NCBI RefSeq assembly: GCF_001194135.2
Contig: NC_068982.1
Location: 192,326,645 to 192,390,644 of the forward strand
DNA: 64,000 nucleotides
Source: Octopus bimaculoides
Taxonomy: Eukaryota
Direction of reading: 5' to 3'
Shown here: piece by piece, positions 1 to 13,289 of the stretch
Layout of the letters: every line of letters begins with the position of its first letter
Position numbering within the stretch: position 1 is the stretch's first letter
Made by a program: the position numbers and the translations under genes
The notes under the pieces: model-generated
Databases searched by the model: none
What the model saw: the letters and a program-made list of their open reading frames with translations, nothing else
Told to the model about the DNA's origin: nothing

Positions 1-29
1 TGCTTTTACGTGTCACCCGCACAAAAACG

Positions 30-71
<42 letters not shown>

Positions 72-842
72 CATTGTTGGTTAAAACGAAATGATCCTTA
101 AGAGCAACTCCTATTTACAATAAAAAGGAGAAAAGCATAAATTTCAAAGACAGATCATACTCTAATTGTGTTCATCAGTTGTGCTGTGTAGATAAACGCC
201 ACCAAATGTATAATTACACACACACACACACACACCATCATACAAGCATACACTCTTCCATGAAAAATGTCTAGCCATGGGGAAATATTACAAGTGATAG
301 TTGGCAACAGAAAGAGCATCCAGTCATAGAATCCGTCTGACCAATATAAACATGGAAAAGTGGATGTTAAAACAATGATGATGATATCATCATTTTAACA
401 TTTCCATGCTTTCATGGGTCAGGCAGAATTCGTAGAGGCAGATTTTCGATAGCCAGATGCTCTTCCCATTTCCAAATAAGGTAATAAATTTGCTGTAGTT
501 GGAGATGATTTCACAGAAGACCAGAAATGAAGGTTACTGTTTAGATGCTGGTTATCCTCGTTTACAACTATCACATTACATCAAAAGAAAACTGTCCAAC
601 CCATACCAGCATGGAAAACAGACGTTAAACAACGATGACGATGATGATACATACTTACTAACCTAGCTACATACATTACATACATACAGGCATATGTTGT
701 ATATACATACATATATTTATACAATGGGTTTCTTTTCTTTAGCTACCAACCAAATTCACTCACAAGGCTTCAGTTGGGCCAAGGCTATAGCAGAAGACAT
801 TTATTCAAGTTGCTGCACAATGGGACTGAATCCCAAACATGT

Positions 843-880
<38 letters not shown>

Positions 881-1740
881 AGAGAGAGAGGGAATGTTCT
901 GATAAACTTGTTAGGTTAAAGTGATGCAAAGAGGAGGTTTAACTTGAAACAGCACTTAGCAACATAGTAAGAGTTGATGATGATGATAATGACAACGACA
1001 ACAACAGTCACCATTACCACCGTTATTTACCGGTACCACTGCCGCTACTATCTCCTCTGTGATGGAGTTAGTAAAGATTTATACATAGAAAGTGGGTGCT
1101 GTCATTTTGTGCAGTTAATAAACATTTGTTTTCTTAATGTCTTTATCAGTAACCTGTGAATTAATAGATCACAGAAAGAAATAAAGGAGAAGAATGAGAT
1201 AAAATATAAATGAAAATGGAAATCCTTCAGTTTCCTGAAAATTCTACATTTTGGAAATTTGTTCCATTATATTTTGTTTGAGTTGTTTGTGATAGAATAA
1301 AATGAAGTCAGATAAAGAGGAAAACTAAATCTTTTAACAGGATCATAAAAACGATTGCTTCACTGAATCTTAGAGCAGTTTAAAGATGAAAAAAATATTC
1401 CTGTCAAGAATTACAAGAATCCATAAAGGCCAATCTTTGATTTTGGATTTCTGCAGTATTAAGTGGTTCAGATTAGATTCCTTCTCTGGCATAAGTCTTT
1501 TGCTGGTAATTCATCCAGAAAAAAAAATGCCTTTGTACCAATTTTGTTTTGACATAATGCAGAATTAGGTGTCCTCATGTCTACAGTGGACTTAAAGAGG
1601 TGACCAGTAAAGCTAATGGCGAAGTCATTTAACATTCAGGGAATTTGGTTTCAATCTAGTTTCAAAACACCATTCAAAAATATATAAAAATTAAATCTAA
1701 GCTACAAGAAGGCCGAAGCTGATTCCACTGAATTTGACAG

Positions 1741-2030
1741 AGTGTGGTTGTTGCCAGTGCCACCTGACTGGCTCCTGTACCAGTGGTACATAAAAAGCAC
1801 CATTTGAGCGTGGTCGATGCCAGTGCCGCCTGACTAGCCCCGTGCTAGTGGCATGTAAAAAGCACCCATCACACTCTCAGAGTGGTTGGCATTAGGAAGG
1901 GCATCCAGCTGTAGAAACCTTGCCAGATCAGATTGGAGCCTGGTACAGCCTCCTGGCTTGCCAGTCCTCAGTCAAACCGTCCAACCCATGCCAGCATGGA
2001 AAGCAGATGTTAAACAATGATGATGATGAT
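1741..2030 (+). mobile_element. RTE 3'UTR / RTE-tailed short element with (GAT)n tail
   Basis: GGAAGGGCATCCAGCTGTAGAAAC...CCAACCCATGCCAGCATGGAAAG...(GAT)n; same family as the 3' end of 29668-30956. Confidence 0.85.
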
Positions 2031-2167
2031 ATTAGGGTTGTTGTAGTTTTTTTTTAGCCCTTTTGTTACCAAATATCTGCTGAAGTACACTGCCTTTGTT
2101 TCAATTAATTTTTAAAAAACAAAGAATTTAATTTGATATTTCTTATCCAAGGTTTTTGTGTCTATCA

Positions 2168-2423
2168 TTTATCTTTTGCTTGTTTCAGTCAATAGACTGC
2201 GATCATGCTGGGGCACTACCTTGAGCAATTTTAGTTGCAAGAATCAACCTCAATATTTATTATTTTTAAGCCCGGTAATTATTCTACCATTCTCTTTTGC
2301 CAAACTGCTAAGTTATAAGGATGTAAACACACCAACACCAGTTGTCAAGCAGTGGTGGGAGGGACAAACATAAATACAAACACACACACACACACATATA
2401 TATGATGGGCTTCTTTCAGTTTC
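2168..2423 (-). mobile_element. tRNA-derived SINE 3' half
   Basis: TTGTTTCAGTCA..GACTG...CTAAGTTA...GTTGTCAAGC...CTTCTTTCAGTTTC. Confidence 0.8.
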
Positions 2424-2872
2424 TGGTGGTGGTGGTGTTTTACTTCGCAGAGTGCTTGGTCTTGTTTGCTCTGGTTGATTCTATGAGAGGGGGCAGCAGC
2501 CTGTTGTCAGACATCTCACAGGGTCTCTTTCCACACATTATTAACTTTGATACTCAGGTGTTAATTATCATGGGAGGCATTCAACATCCAGGTACCAATC
2601 TCAAAATCCTAACTGTCCCCAGCAGTCTTTTGGTCTTGCTCTGCTCTCATCTCAATTCCAATTTCTCTGACATATTTCTCAAACTTGGTTGTTAGTGCAC
2701 TGAATGCTCCTACAAACACTCTCTTCATACTCCACATTCTTGCAATTTCATCTTTTAGGAGTCTCTACTTTTCCATCTTTTCTAGTTCTTTATCACTTAT
2801 GCATGCATCCCCAGGCATTACAATATCTATAACTTTGGTTTCCTTTTTTTCCTCAATTTAATTATTATTATT

Positions 2873-3325
2873 GAGTGAGAGAGCAGTGCATGCCATCAAA
2901 ATGACATTGGGGTAAAATATACAAAGCCCAGTATACCCAATATGACTACCCATTTGATAAGAGTACATCAGGCACATGCATCACAACCATATGTGCACGA
3001 CATGGTGATCTCAAACCAAGATAAATGGTGCATGATTTTGCAGGTGGAGCCCAGTTAGAATTTTCTTCAACCTCCAAAGGATTCCTCTCAACACATGGCT
3101 ATCATGCTCCCCCACTACTTCTGCTCATGATCAGAGATGCATATATTGTCAGCCACCAAAGGACAAGCTCAAATCATTAAGGTTACAAGCAAATCTGTGG
3201 TATTAAGCAGAATATTTGTTGTAGTCCATCTTTTATACCAAGACAAAACAATGTACATGATAACACTTCCAATCAGTTAAGATTAGAAGCCATGAGAGTC
3301 AGTGCCTGGTACTACATCAGGGCAT
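2873..3325. mobile_element. Interspersed repeat flanked by (ATT)n on both sides
   Basis: GAGTGAGAGAGCAGTGCATGCC...ACATCAGGGCAT bounded by ATT microsatellite. Family not assignable. Confidence 0.5.
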
Positions 3326-3892
3326 AAATTATTATCATTATTATTATCTTCTCTTTATCACAAGTTTTGTTGGAGCTCCTGGGGTCTTGCATGTGCAACA
3401 GGCTAACTCCCTGCAGCCTACAGTACCATGCTATTTGTTCTTTTCAATTATCTGATACTTTCCTGTTTATTCTGGCCATGCCAAGGAGGCAAACCTTTTG
3501 TAATATTTCTACTGGGGACTCTATTCCAATTTCCTTTATATTCCTCTTGATGCCTTCTGATACTGTCTCCAAGGACATATATTATTATTATTATGTTGTT
3601 TTTTCTTCTTCTTTCTTCAAATTTTCTTCCATTTCTCGCCGAGTGTTTTCCGTACACCTACGGCAGAGAAACTCGTTGTATGCATTCCCAGTTCACACAC
3701 GCAAATTCACAGGTAAAACATGTAGTTAAGAAAAAAAAAAGTTCATGAATGGATGTTGTTTTCACAGCGATAATGCTCTTCTCAGTACATTATTATTATT
3801 ATTATTAGTAGTAGTAGTAGTATTATTATCATTATCATTATTATTATTACTATTCAAATAATTGTTCAAAAAAGAAAAACAGGAAAAGAAGT

Positions 3893-4198
3893 GTTGTTGT
3901 TTGCTCCTTCTTGAGCCATGTCTGGTTCATAAAGGCCAGTTTCCTGGTTTCATTGGCATGTAGGTTCCCCACCTGGACAGGACGCCGGTCTGTTGCAGGT
4001 GAGCTACTAGATGCAGGAGGAAAGAGAGAGAGAAAGTTGTGGCGAAAGAGTCAGCAGAGGTTCGCCATTAGCGTCTGCTGGAGCCATGTGGAGCTTAAGT
4101 GTTTCGCTCATAAACACACACACACTGCCAATCTGAGATTCGAACCTGCAATCCCTTGACCATGAGTCCACTGCTCTAACCACTCAGCCATGTGCTTC
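3893..4198 (-). mobile_element. tRNA-derived SINE with (AAC)n tail
   Basis: Minus-strand head GCACATGGCTGAGTGGTTAGAGC...GGTTCGAATC; 3' GACCGGCGTCCTGTCCAGGTGGGG segment. Confidence 0.75.
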
Positions 4199-4979
4199 TA
4201 CAGAAAAGGAAGTAGTGCGACTATATACGATGATGATGATGATGATAATGATATAGTCACTGACCATGAGATTCTCTGGAGAATCTTGGAAACCAAGGCA
4301 GAAAGTGAATTTATAACAGATATAATATGATGCAGCAGTCATAATCAGACGAAACATTTAATTGATTCAAATACCATACTCTACATTATTTTGCCTAACA
4401 ACCTGACCGATGTCAAAGGTTGTCCTCTGGATCCATCATGTCCAATAACAGATATATATTTTAGGCTGCCTCTGTCTTTAAACCAAAAATTAAAATTTAG
4501 AAAAAAATAAAAAAGAAAAATATAGAAATGTCTGTAAAATGAATGTAAAATTTTAAGAAAGTCTGATTTTATTGGAAGTGGTCTCAGAAAAGAAAAAATC
4601 CTTTTATTTGTATTTGACAGACATTCATGAGTAAATGGCTCGTTACAGTAAATATAATAAGAGGAAATTAATAGAAAAGAAAACTCAGTGATTAATGGTG
4701 AGCTCCAACTCTGTTACAGTCATTCTAGTGTTACCTTTAGTCAAGGAATAAGACTTCAAGACCGCCCTGACTAAGAAGAACTTTGATCAAAGACATTCCA
4801 GCTGTAACGATCCCATCATTTATCTAGCAAGAACTACCTTATCCAATGTGGCCTTTCTGCTTTAAGATGGTAAAGTAAAATTTGAGGGAGCTTTAGCTAT
4901 TTCTAACAGATCAAGCATATAGAGGATCTGTTATTAGTTCACTTATCTACTCATAAACACACTTGTGTCACCAATATAA

Positions 4980-5012
<33 letters not shown>

Positions 5013-5142
5013 ATGACAAACAGATACATATACACAAACACATATGTACAGACACACAACTGTAGCAATGCACTGGTGAGGCTGTCCATTGATTTGAGAA
5101 CCTGAATAATAAAGACTGAACTTCATTTGTGCAATTTGACAG

Positions 5143-5293
5143 AGAAAACTACTACCTGTCCGTTTCCCCGATTTTTACTAAACAAGGTCACGAAGAGCAC
5201 AAATATGACCAAAGACAGGATGGAGACTATTGTTTTAGCTTGGGAGAATGCATATCTCTTTCCAGGAGGAAATATTGGTATAGAATATCTAAG
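5143..5293 (+). CDS. Candidate internal coding exon of an unidentified host gene
   Basis: Acceptor ...TGCAATTTGACAG and donor AAG|GTAAAT. 151 bp with two open frames (KTTTCPFPRFLLNKV...LAWENAYLFPGGNIGIEYL or ENYYLSVSPIF...YWYRISK). No repeat similarity recognised. Confidence 0.35.
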
Positions 5294-5869
5294 GTAAATG
5301 AAATTGGCATTACTATGGAGGCATTTGACCAGTGAGGTCTGTATATACAAATGGAAGGAATTTTTCTGAACCTGGGGGTGGGGTTAGAAACAGACTGCAT
5401 GGGAATGATGCTCTGCTGAATTAGAAAGCTGAGAAAATATGTCTACTCTTTCTTTAGAAACTCGAACCTATCTATCTCTTTCAAAAAGTTTAACCAAATA
5501 GCTAACTTGTTTAGATGTTACATTAAACCTAGATTCCAAACTGTATTATCATTAACCCTACCACAAACCAAACCAGAGTCTCCCCTTACATCCAGAGATT
5601 TAGAATTACATCAGGTCCATTACTGATGAGTCAGAAACCTATCAATTAAAGTATCCCACCTTTCTGCTAATCAAAGAATATTCAATAATAATAATGCAAG
5701 ATATTATAAAGAGACTCTCGGTAGACGTGGTTAAAGTGAAAGGATTAAATTTATTACAGATTCTAAACTTCAGAATGTAGGAATACTGTGAAAACAAGAA
5801 AGTGTAGTGAAACCCCTCTAGATACTGTTGTAGCTTATAATAAGATAAGGACACTGGGATACACAAGTG

Positions 5870-6360
5870 ATGCTGATGGGACCAATAGGACACTACCTCT
5901 CCTTGAAGTGACTAACTTCTTTGAACCCCCCCCCCCTCCGGACAACTCCAGGAATGTAGGGGTGAAATTGAAGGAAAAAGATGCCACCCTTGGCTAACCT
6001 GTTTGTGTGCCATCATTGGGGCATGTTGGCAGGTAGTTGTCATCCTCATTGAGGCTTTTTGTGAGGGCTTAAAACATCTTATGGTGTAGGCACAAGACCA
6101 GAGAGATCTATGGAAATACTCCACCCATTTCTGCTATTGTTGCTCAATGCAAAGAAAGCTTTGCTGGCCAATGCTCTTGTGCTGAACAACAGACCATATT
6201 GGATATTATATAGTTTTGAACTATCCCCACACCAACAAAGAATGATGACCACTCAACTACATCGACATCATTGGCAGAGATACACAACATGGAATTGGGG
6301 GCCAACCAAAACTAATGGCATAGTCTAGTGAAATATATCTTGGCTGCAGCCACTTGAAGA
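5870..6360 (+). mobile_element. Highly decayed RTE-type LINE C-terminal remnant
   Basis: IYGNTPPISAIVAQCKESFAGQC resembles the RTE LYG.LPPIS...FAGHC motif. Confidence 0.4.
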
Positions 6361-6954
6361 AAAACATGGTGATGTGTGGAGCTGTTCCATTCATCTTGGA
6401 ACAGAGATGATATTAGACCATTTCCAATAAGGAGGAGGAGGCTTAAATTAAAATAAAACAAGTTGCCATTTTCTGACTAATGCTATCACCAACGTGACCA
6501 CAACAATTACTACTATTGCTGCTATCACTACAAAAAATGTCTTCAAAAGAGTCAACTGTTTATATCAGTTCCTATTTGTTATATTAATCTCAGAGAATGT
6601 TTGTTGCAATTTTTTTCTTTGAAATATTTTATAAATATTTATATAAATGATTAAAAACCAAGTAGATATAAAATTTGTTTCAAGTCACTGAAATATGGCT
6701 CTACTTGACAAAAGTCAAAAGAGATTTTCCTTTTACAAAAAAAAAGTCTCTTTGTATAAAAAAAAAAAAAAAACATAACTGCTTAGCACAAATTGAAGAA
6801 GCTGGATAAGAAACCCATTGTCTCCTTAAAAATATTGATATTTAGGTCATAGCTTCTGGATTCTAGAACCAGTAGCTGCTACATTTATACTTGAGGATAA
6901 AACAACGATTTCAGATAGAACATATTTTCATCAATTATTTTTAATACATACAAG

Positions 6955-7195
6955 TAGCTGAAAGAAGCCTGTCGTATATATGTATATGTATATGTATGTG
7001 TGTGTATATGTTTGTCCCCCCCAACATCGCTTGACATGTGTTTACGTCCCTGTAACTTAACGGTTCAGCAAAAAGAGCCCGATAGAATAAGTACTAGGCT
7101 TACAAAGAGTAAGTCCTGGGGTCGATTTGCTCGACTAAAAGCGGTGCTCCAGCATGGCCACAGTCAAATGACTGAAACAAGTAAAAGAGTAAATA
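6955..7195 (+). mobile_element. tRNA-derived SINE 3' half (young)
   Basis: GAAAGAAGCCTGTCG...GATAGAATAAGTACTAGGCTT...GAAACAAGTAAAAGAGTAAA. Confidence 0.85.
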
Positions 7196-7392
7196 TAATA
7201 ATGATTTCTTGTGGCTAGGCCCAAAACTATTTGATATATGCAACAACAACAACAACAACACTGGCTCTGGCTGACAGAAATGAGAGATCAAAACACTAAT
7301 TATAACTATTCAGAAACAAACCATTAGAACAAATCTGATAAAAGCAAAGATTAAGGAAACTCAGTCAAACAGCAAATGTAGAATCTGCAGGA

Positions 7393-7487
7393 AAAGAGGA
7401 CAACAGTATCCATCACCTTTTGAACGAGTGCAGTGTACTAACACAAAAGGAGTATAAGTGCAGGCATGACTGTGTCGGAGAAAGAGT
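7393..7487 (+). mobile_element. R4/Dong-like (RLE) LINE fragment
   Basis: KEDNSIHHLLNECSVLTQKEYKCRHDCVG resembles the CCHC/RHD motif that precedes the RLE nuclease. Confidence 0.45.
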
Positions 7488-10224
7488 GTGTGACTTTAAT
7501 TTATTGTTTTATGCTTGTTACAGGTTAAACTCAAGACACATTGGTATTATCCCAAACCCCAAAATATACCTTTAGCAAAATCCTGATTGCATAACCTTTT
7601 CTTAAACACATCGTCTGAATTGAATATTTTCAACTTATTCAAATATACAACTTTTGTGAGTTTACTCATCTACATTTCCAAATTTGTTTATAAAAAAGTC
7701 CTTTTTGTCAGTCAGATTTTCTCATTATGGCTTAACACAAAATTCTAACCAAACTATCATTCTAATTAGATGGAGCTGAGAGTATAAAACTGTTAAACCA
7801 GTATCAAAACATAGGATAATACTAAGCTTGGACCAACTATAAAGTATTTCAATTGAATAGCCAAGAAGACAGACATTAAATGATGATGAGTCTAAATTGA
7901 CACAATATATAACTGTTTGCCAAGGGCAACACAAGTCGTTGAGTATCAGTAGTAGTCCGTAGTATCAATGACCAATGAACCATCACTGACTCAGTTACTT
8001 AACTCTAAATAGGTATCATGAGGAGATGAAGCCTATAATATACTGCAAACCTCAAAAGCTCTACTTAATGTTTTATAAGCCTCACAGGACTGAGTTTACA
8101 TAAAAGCAAAAATGAATCAGGAGGATGAGTGGTAGTAAAGGGTGGTTGGTGGAAGGGTAGTGATAGTAATAGTTGAGAATTATTAGTTTATATCTTATAA
8201 CTGGAATGGCTGAGCAAGGGACTAAAATAATTTATAATATATACTCTCAATCCCCTAGATTCTTAGCTCACTTAGATAAACTTTTCCCTCTGGAGTTCAA
8301 ATTGTTGGTGTTGATTATTCTCCCTTTCATCCTCTTCCTGTATTACCTAACCTTCCATTTAATATCAATTTCTTTCTCTCTCACTCTCTCACTCTCTCTC
8401 TCTTACTCAGGTAAAATAAAAGTCACAAAACCTCAGCTTCTCTAGATTAGTGTCAATACAATTAAATGTATTCTTGCCCTCCAATAACAATTAGTTTTGT
8501 ACTGAGTCAAAACAACTAAATCTGACCAAAATAGTTAATTTCACTGAGTTCCATCACCTTAAACTATTGAGAACAAACTAACAGCAATAGGATAACCAAA
8601 TATCTCTTAGCATAGAAATTAAATTGTGAAAATTTGCAATAGATTGGCTTTCATTGAGTTCTTATTAGCTGCTGACAAACGACAATACAACATAAAAGAA
8701 GTTTTATAATCTTTATACATGAATCTTTCCTGATAAAAGGAAAACAAAATTCATAGTCTGCTGACAAAGTCAATTCACACTCATCAATTAAATTTACAAT
8801 TGAATTAATTAAGGTAATTGTTCTCAACCAATCAAGAATTAGCATAATGCTAATTCTTGGGTATGTGGGCATTTTGAAAATACCTCACAGAACGACAACC
8901 GTCCCCTGCATAGTTATGAGTTGATTTTGACAAGGTATATCAGCAGTTTGGCCACCCATTTGCTAGGGGTACAACAAAATCATGGGAGTGCAGCATGGTG
9001 GATTGTGAAGAGGAAGTAGAAAAGCTCAACTGAGCCAATGGTGTTTTTTACATTGATGCTGGGTGGAGGAATCCCAGAAGATCAATGGTCAGGATCACCA
9101 GGCTTTATCAAAAGAGTAACTGCAACACATTCCTTGGCGTCCATGGCTGTGTAATCAGCTAATGAAAGATTCACTATGGCTCAAGCTTCCGATTCAAATT
9201 CAGAATAATAGAATCGGATGGCAACAGAGAGTCATGGGAATCTGTGAAAGCATCATGACCAGCAACATATCAACTGGCACACCCAATCATTCACAACAAT
9301 GGCAGCTAAACTAAATTATCTCAGTAGTCTTTTGGTGCTGTTAAGATGTTTTCTCTATCATAGGAAACATTGGTCTCTCAAAGGTTTTTCCTATAAAAGG
9401 ATTTGGTTTCAACACTGCAAACTGAGAAAATACCCATCCCTTATACTGTTGCTGATATAAGCCAATAGGAGAGCCTCTGTGTGAGCAAACAATAGCAGCC
9501 AAATTTACCTCAGATCACACTGTATCATCTTAAACAAGGTAGGATACCTTTAAAAGCACTTTGTTGCAGTTGGAATATTTTCATTACAGGTCTACTCAAA
9601 GAGCTGACCTGACATTAAACAACAGCTGTAGACATGGCCATGTGGCTGAGAGGTTCACATCACCAACACATGCTTTCAGGTTCAGCCACCATGGGTGTCT
9701 TCTGTAGCCTCAGGTTGACCAAAGTAAGTAGAAAGAAGATCGTCATCATCATCTTTTAACTTTTGTCTGGCATTGGTTGGACAAATTGACAGGATCTGAT
9801 GGATTTGAAGGCTGCATTGTGCTTTGGCATGGTTTTTATGGTTGGATGCCCTTCCTATTACCAACCACTTTACAGAGTGCAATTCTTGATGCTAACACTA
9901 GTGAGCTTATTTGGTGGTGGAGAGGAACAGATAATTTAGTAGCATAGGAGGGTGATCAAAGTAAGATATGAGTGGAGAGGGATAATGTTAAGAACAAAAG
10001 ATGGATGTGAAGAGATTCAATGTGAGAATGGTAACAGAAGGTATCACAGAAAAAGAAAATGATGAAATATGTAGTTCTACTCTAATTTAATTACAGTAGC
10101 AGAACATTGAAGTTCGACAAGTGATGGAGGGATTAGAGATAGTGAGATGAAAAAGTTGTGGAGATGATTTGACATAGAAATTTCACAAGTGGCCTAGTTA
10201 TGTGTATATATATATATATATATC

Positions 10225-10589
10225 GTTACCAGTGTCGCCTTCCTGGCACTTGTGCTGCAGCTTCGCGTTCCTGGCACGTGAAAAAAGCATTCGAGTGAAA
10301 TTGTTGCCAGTGCCGCTGGACTGGCTCCTGTGCAGGTGGCACGTAAAATACACCATTTTGAGCATTGCCGTTGCCAGTACCTCCTGACTGGCCTTTGTGC
10401 CAGTGCACGTAAAAGCACCCACTACACTCTCTGAGTGGTTGGCGTTAGGAAGGGCATCCAGCTGTAGAAACTCTGCCAAATCAGATTGGAGCCTGGTGTA
10501 ACCATCTGGTTCACCATTCCTCAATCAAATCGTCCAACCCATGCCAGCATGGAAAGCGGACGTTAAACGATGATGATGATGATGATGAT
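10225..10589 (+). mobile_element. RTE 3'UTR copy with TSD in a (TA)n tract
   Basis: Same 3'UTR. ATATATATATC occurs at 10214-10224 and 10588-10598. Confidence 0.85.
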
Positions 10590-10740
10590 ATATATATCAG
10601 TTTCACCAAGGTGGATAGGTTTTCTCAGGCACCACATATCACCAGTCACCCCAATCTTTTGTAATCTTGAAGTTCAAGAGATCAGCCTTCATAATTCCAT
10701 CTTATGTCTTCCTGTGTATTCCTCATTCACAAACTCTATC

Positions 10741-11030
10741 CATCATCATCATCATCATTGTTTAACATCCGTTTTCCATGCTTGCATGATTTGGATGGTT
10801 TGACTGGAGACTGGCAAGCCAGGAGGCCGCACCAGGCTCCAATCTGATCTGGCACTGTTTCTACAGATGGATGCCCTTCCTAAAGCTAACCACTCCAAAT
10901 GTGTAGTGGGTGCTTTTTACATGTCACTGGCACAGGGAGCCAGTCAGGCAGCGACCCACACATGAATGAATGGTGCTTATCGTGTGCCACCAGCACTGGT
11001 AATGGCCACAACTACAATTTCCATTTGATT
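10741..11030 (-). mobile_element. RTE 3'UTR copy (older subfamily)
   Basis: (CAT)n-GTTTAACATCCGTTTTCCATGC...GATGCCCTTCC; reverse orientation relative to 10225-10589. Confidence 0.85.
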
Positions 11031-11516
11031 GTGTCAAGCAATTGGCTGTCTTCATCCATAAATTCATAACATTGCAGTCTTCTTTCCTGCATACCGCATC
11101 TGATTCCTCTTTAGGCCAGACCTATGATCATTCCATGATGATCCATGACCATTCTAACCTTCTTTTAGATATTGTGTGTCCTTCTTTTAAAGATGATACA
11201 GTGTAATTTGAGACAGTTTTTGCTGTTGTTTCTAGCAATTCCAGTGACTACATAGAAACTCTGTTGTTCACTTGTAATCTGCTCATTTGCTCCCAGCTCA
11301 TAGACATTTTTCATTTCAACTAAAACATACAGCTAATTGACACCATTCAGTTTTACCCTAACCCCAACACTATTCTGTTGGCTTTAACACACAAAACTCC
11401 AATCTAATTGTTGTTAAATAATTATAGTTCACCCTTTAAAACACTAGAAGCACTTTATAATTTATTAGAGTTTTCCTAGCCTGCAGAGCTTGCTAGACAA
11501 AAGTCTTTCTCAAGAT

Positions 11517-11824
11517 CAGTGGTTTTCAATTGGGGTTCATATACAATTTTTTGAGGTCCACTCAAGCAAGATAGTAAATTGGAGATTCACAGTAGCATAT
11601 TAAGGGTCCATGAAAAAGTTTTGAATTAGATGTGTTTCTTGCAAGAAACAGCTAAATTTCTTTCTTGAATGTTTTCCATAGCTTTACCTACACAATGTGT
11701 GAAAAACAAAATAGTAATTTTGAAAGAAGTATTTATAAAACATGATTCTTAAGCATTGAATGGTTGTGGGGGCCGACCAGAATAAAATAAAAATCAAAGG
11801 AGCTCATGTGGTTGAGAGTCCTTG
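11517..11824. mobile_element. Old hAT (Charlie/Buster-type) MITE
   Basis: Degenerate TIRs CAGTGGTTTTCAA / GGTTGAGAGTCCTTG. Candidate TSD CTCAAGAT / CTTTAGAT (6 of 8 match). Confidence 0.55.
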
Positions 11825-12328
11825 CTTTAGATCTTGAGAAACTAATAAAAATAACTTCTGAAAGGGCTCCAGACGAGTGCAGCCACCGTACTGTAATCTT
11901 AAAAAAGAAACTGTTGCCAAGCTGAACCTGTTTGACGATCTGTGTTCTCTCTTCACCATTACACCATCTCCTTGACGAAGATACTTTTAATCCTTATTCA
12001 TTCAACCAGGACATAGACATAGATGTATATGTAAATGTCTTTTGATCATGAAGGAGCTTTTGATTAATTGTAGTTTTTTAATCCGTTTAAACAAACGAAA
12101 GAAAAATATTCCTTAGCTAAGACACCAATTTACCTGAGGTACCACACTCAGCTGACTGGGTACCTGTTGTCAAAAAATCAGTGAACCAAGCCATGTATAC
12201 AATAAGCACAATGGGTAAGTGTAGCTCAGCCTTATATCAGTGCAAGCAAAAATGAGTGTTTCATTAAGTTGCAACTCATTAACATTTAAACCATCCTATA
12301 GGTATGAGGAAATTAATGAAAATATTAA

Positions 12329-12549
12329 CCCTTTGGCATTTAAATAGGGCATATTTGACCCAAATATCTTACCTCTGTTTATGTTCAAACTGGCCAGATC
12401 AAACCTCTCACACCTACCCTACAATGTCATTCTAATAATAAACAATCACATCATTGAAATCTCAAAGCTATAAAATCATGTATGATTAATTCCAAACAAT
12501 GTGTGTAAATAAGCATTACATTTGACAGAGTAATCCAACTGCTAAAGGA
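12329..12549 (-). mobile_element. TTAA-flanked (piggyBac-like) MITE
   Basis: TTAA-CCCTTTGGCATT...GCTAAAGGA-TTAA; homologous to the copies at ~34155 and ~41672. Confidence 0.75.
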
Positions 12550-13289
12550 TTAATCTTACCTCAATGATATTAATCTGGTCCAGTTTTGGTGGAAACGTCA
12601 CTGAGAGCAAATCAGATTCTAGAACAAGTCATCAGATGACTCAAACTGAAAATGGAAAGAAAAATAAATAATGTTTCTCCTGAAATCTATAAGACATGCA
12701 TTAACCCTTTCATAACTGTATTTCTAATTAAAAACAGGCTCTATGTTTTAATTCAGAGTATGTTGTTGTTGAGGAGTTACATGGCTATTTGCCTTTAGAA
12801 AGAAAGGTGGGAATGATGTGTAGGGGCTGCAAAGAGATAAAGAGCAACAAGGTATGTAGGTGGCCCCTCAAGGTAGGATGTGTGTAGAAGAAAATAGGGA
12901 AGAGGAATTAAGGCGCACGGATGGGTGGAGTTTGCCAGAGTATATGGGAGAGGAAGACTTAAAGAAGGGAGGGGAAGTAGGCAACAACTGTAAAGATTGG
13001 GTAGGGTCGAAAGGTGGATAGGGAATGGGGTATGACCAATGGTGCATGAGAGTTGGGAAAGGCAGAGAGATGCAGAAGAGACCAGGCTTAAAAAACAAAA
13101 AAAAGTACTGAATCAATTCATTTACCTAAATTACCTGAAAGTGGTGCTCCAGCATAGCCACAATCTAATGACTAAAACAAGTAAAAGAAAGGAAGAAAGA
13201 AAGGAAAGAAGGAAGATAGGAAGGAAGGAGAAAGATGGATAGATAGATAGATAAATAGAATAACTTTACCGTGGCTTTATGAGTTTTAT

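Noticed and set aside
1200-1620. Possible Tigger-like DDE remnant on the minus strand
   Set aside because: Only vague motif similarity and no TIRs found.
5260-5293. Nudix-box (LFPGG..E) or GOLD-domain (GDYCF) resemblance in the candidate exon
   Set aside because: The Nudix G-x5-E spacing is off by one and the GOLD similarity is too weak to support a name.
12135-12295. Minus-strand pseudo-exon with good acceptor and donor
   Set aside because: All three frames contain stops from the strong acceptor.
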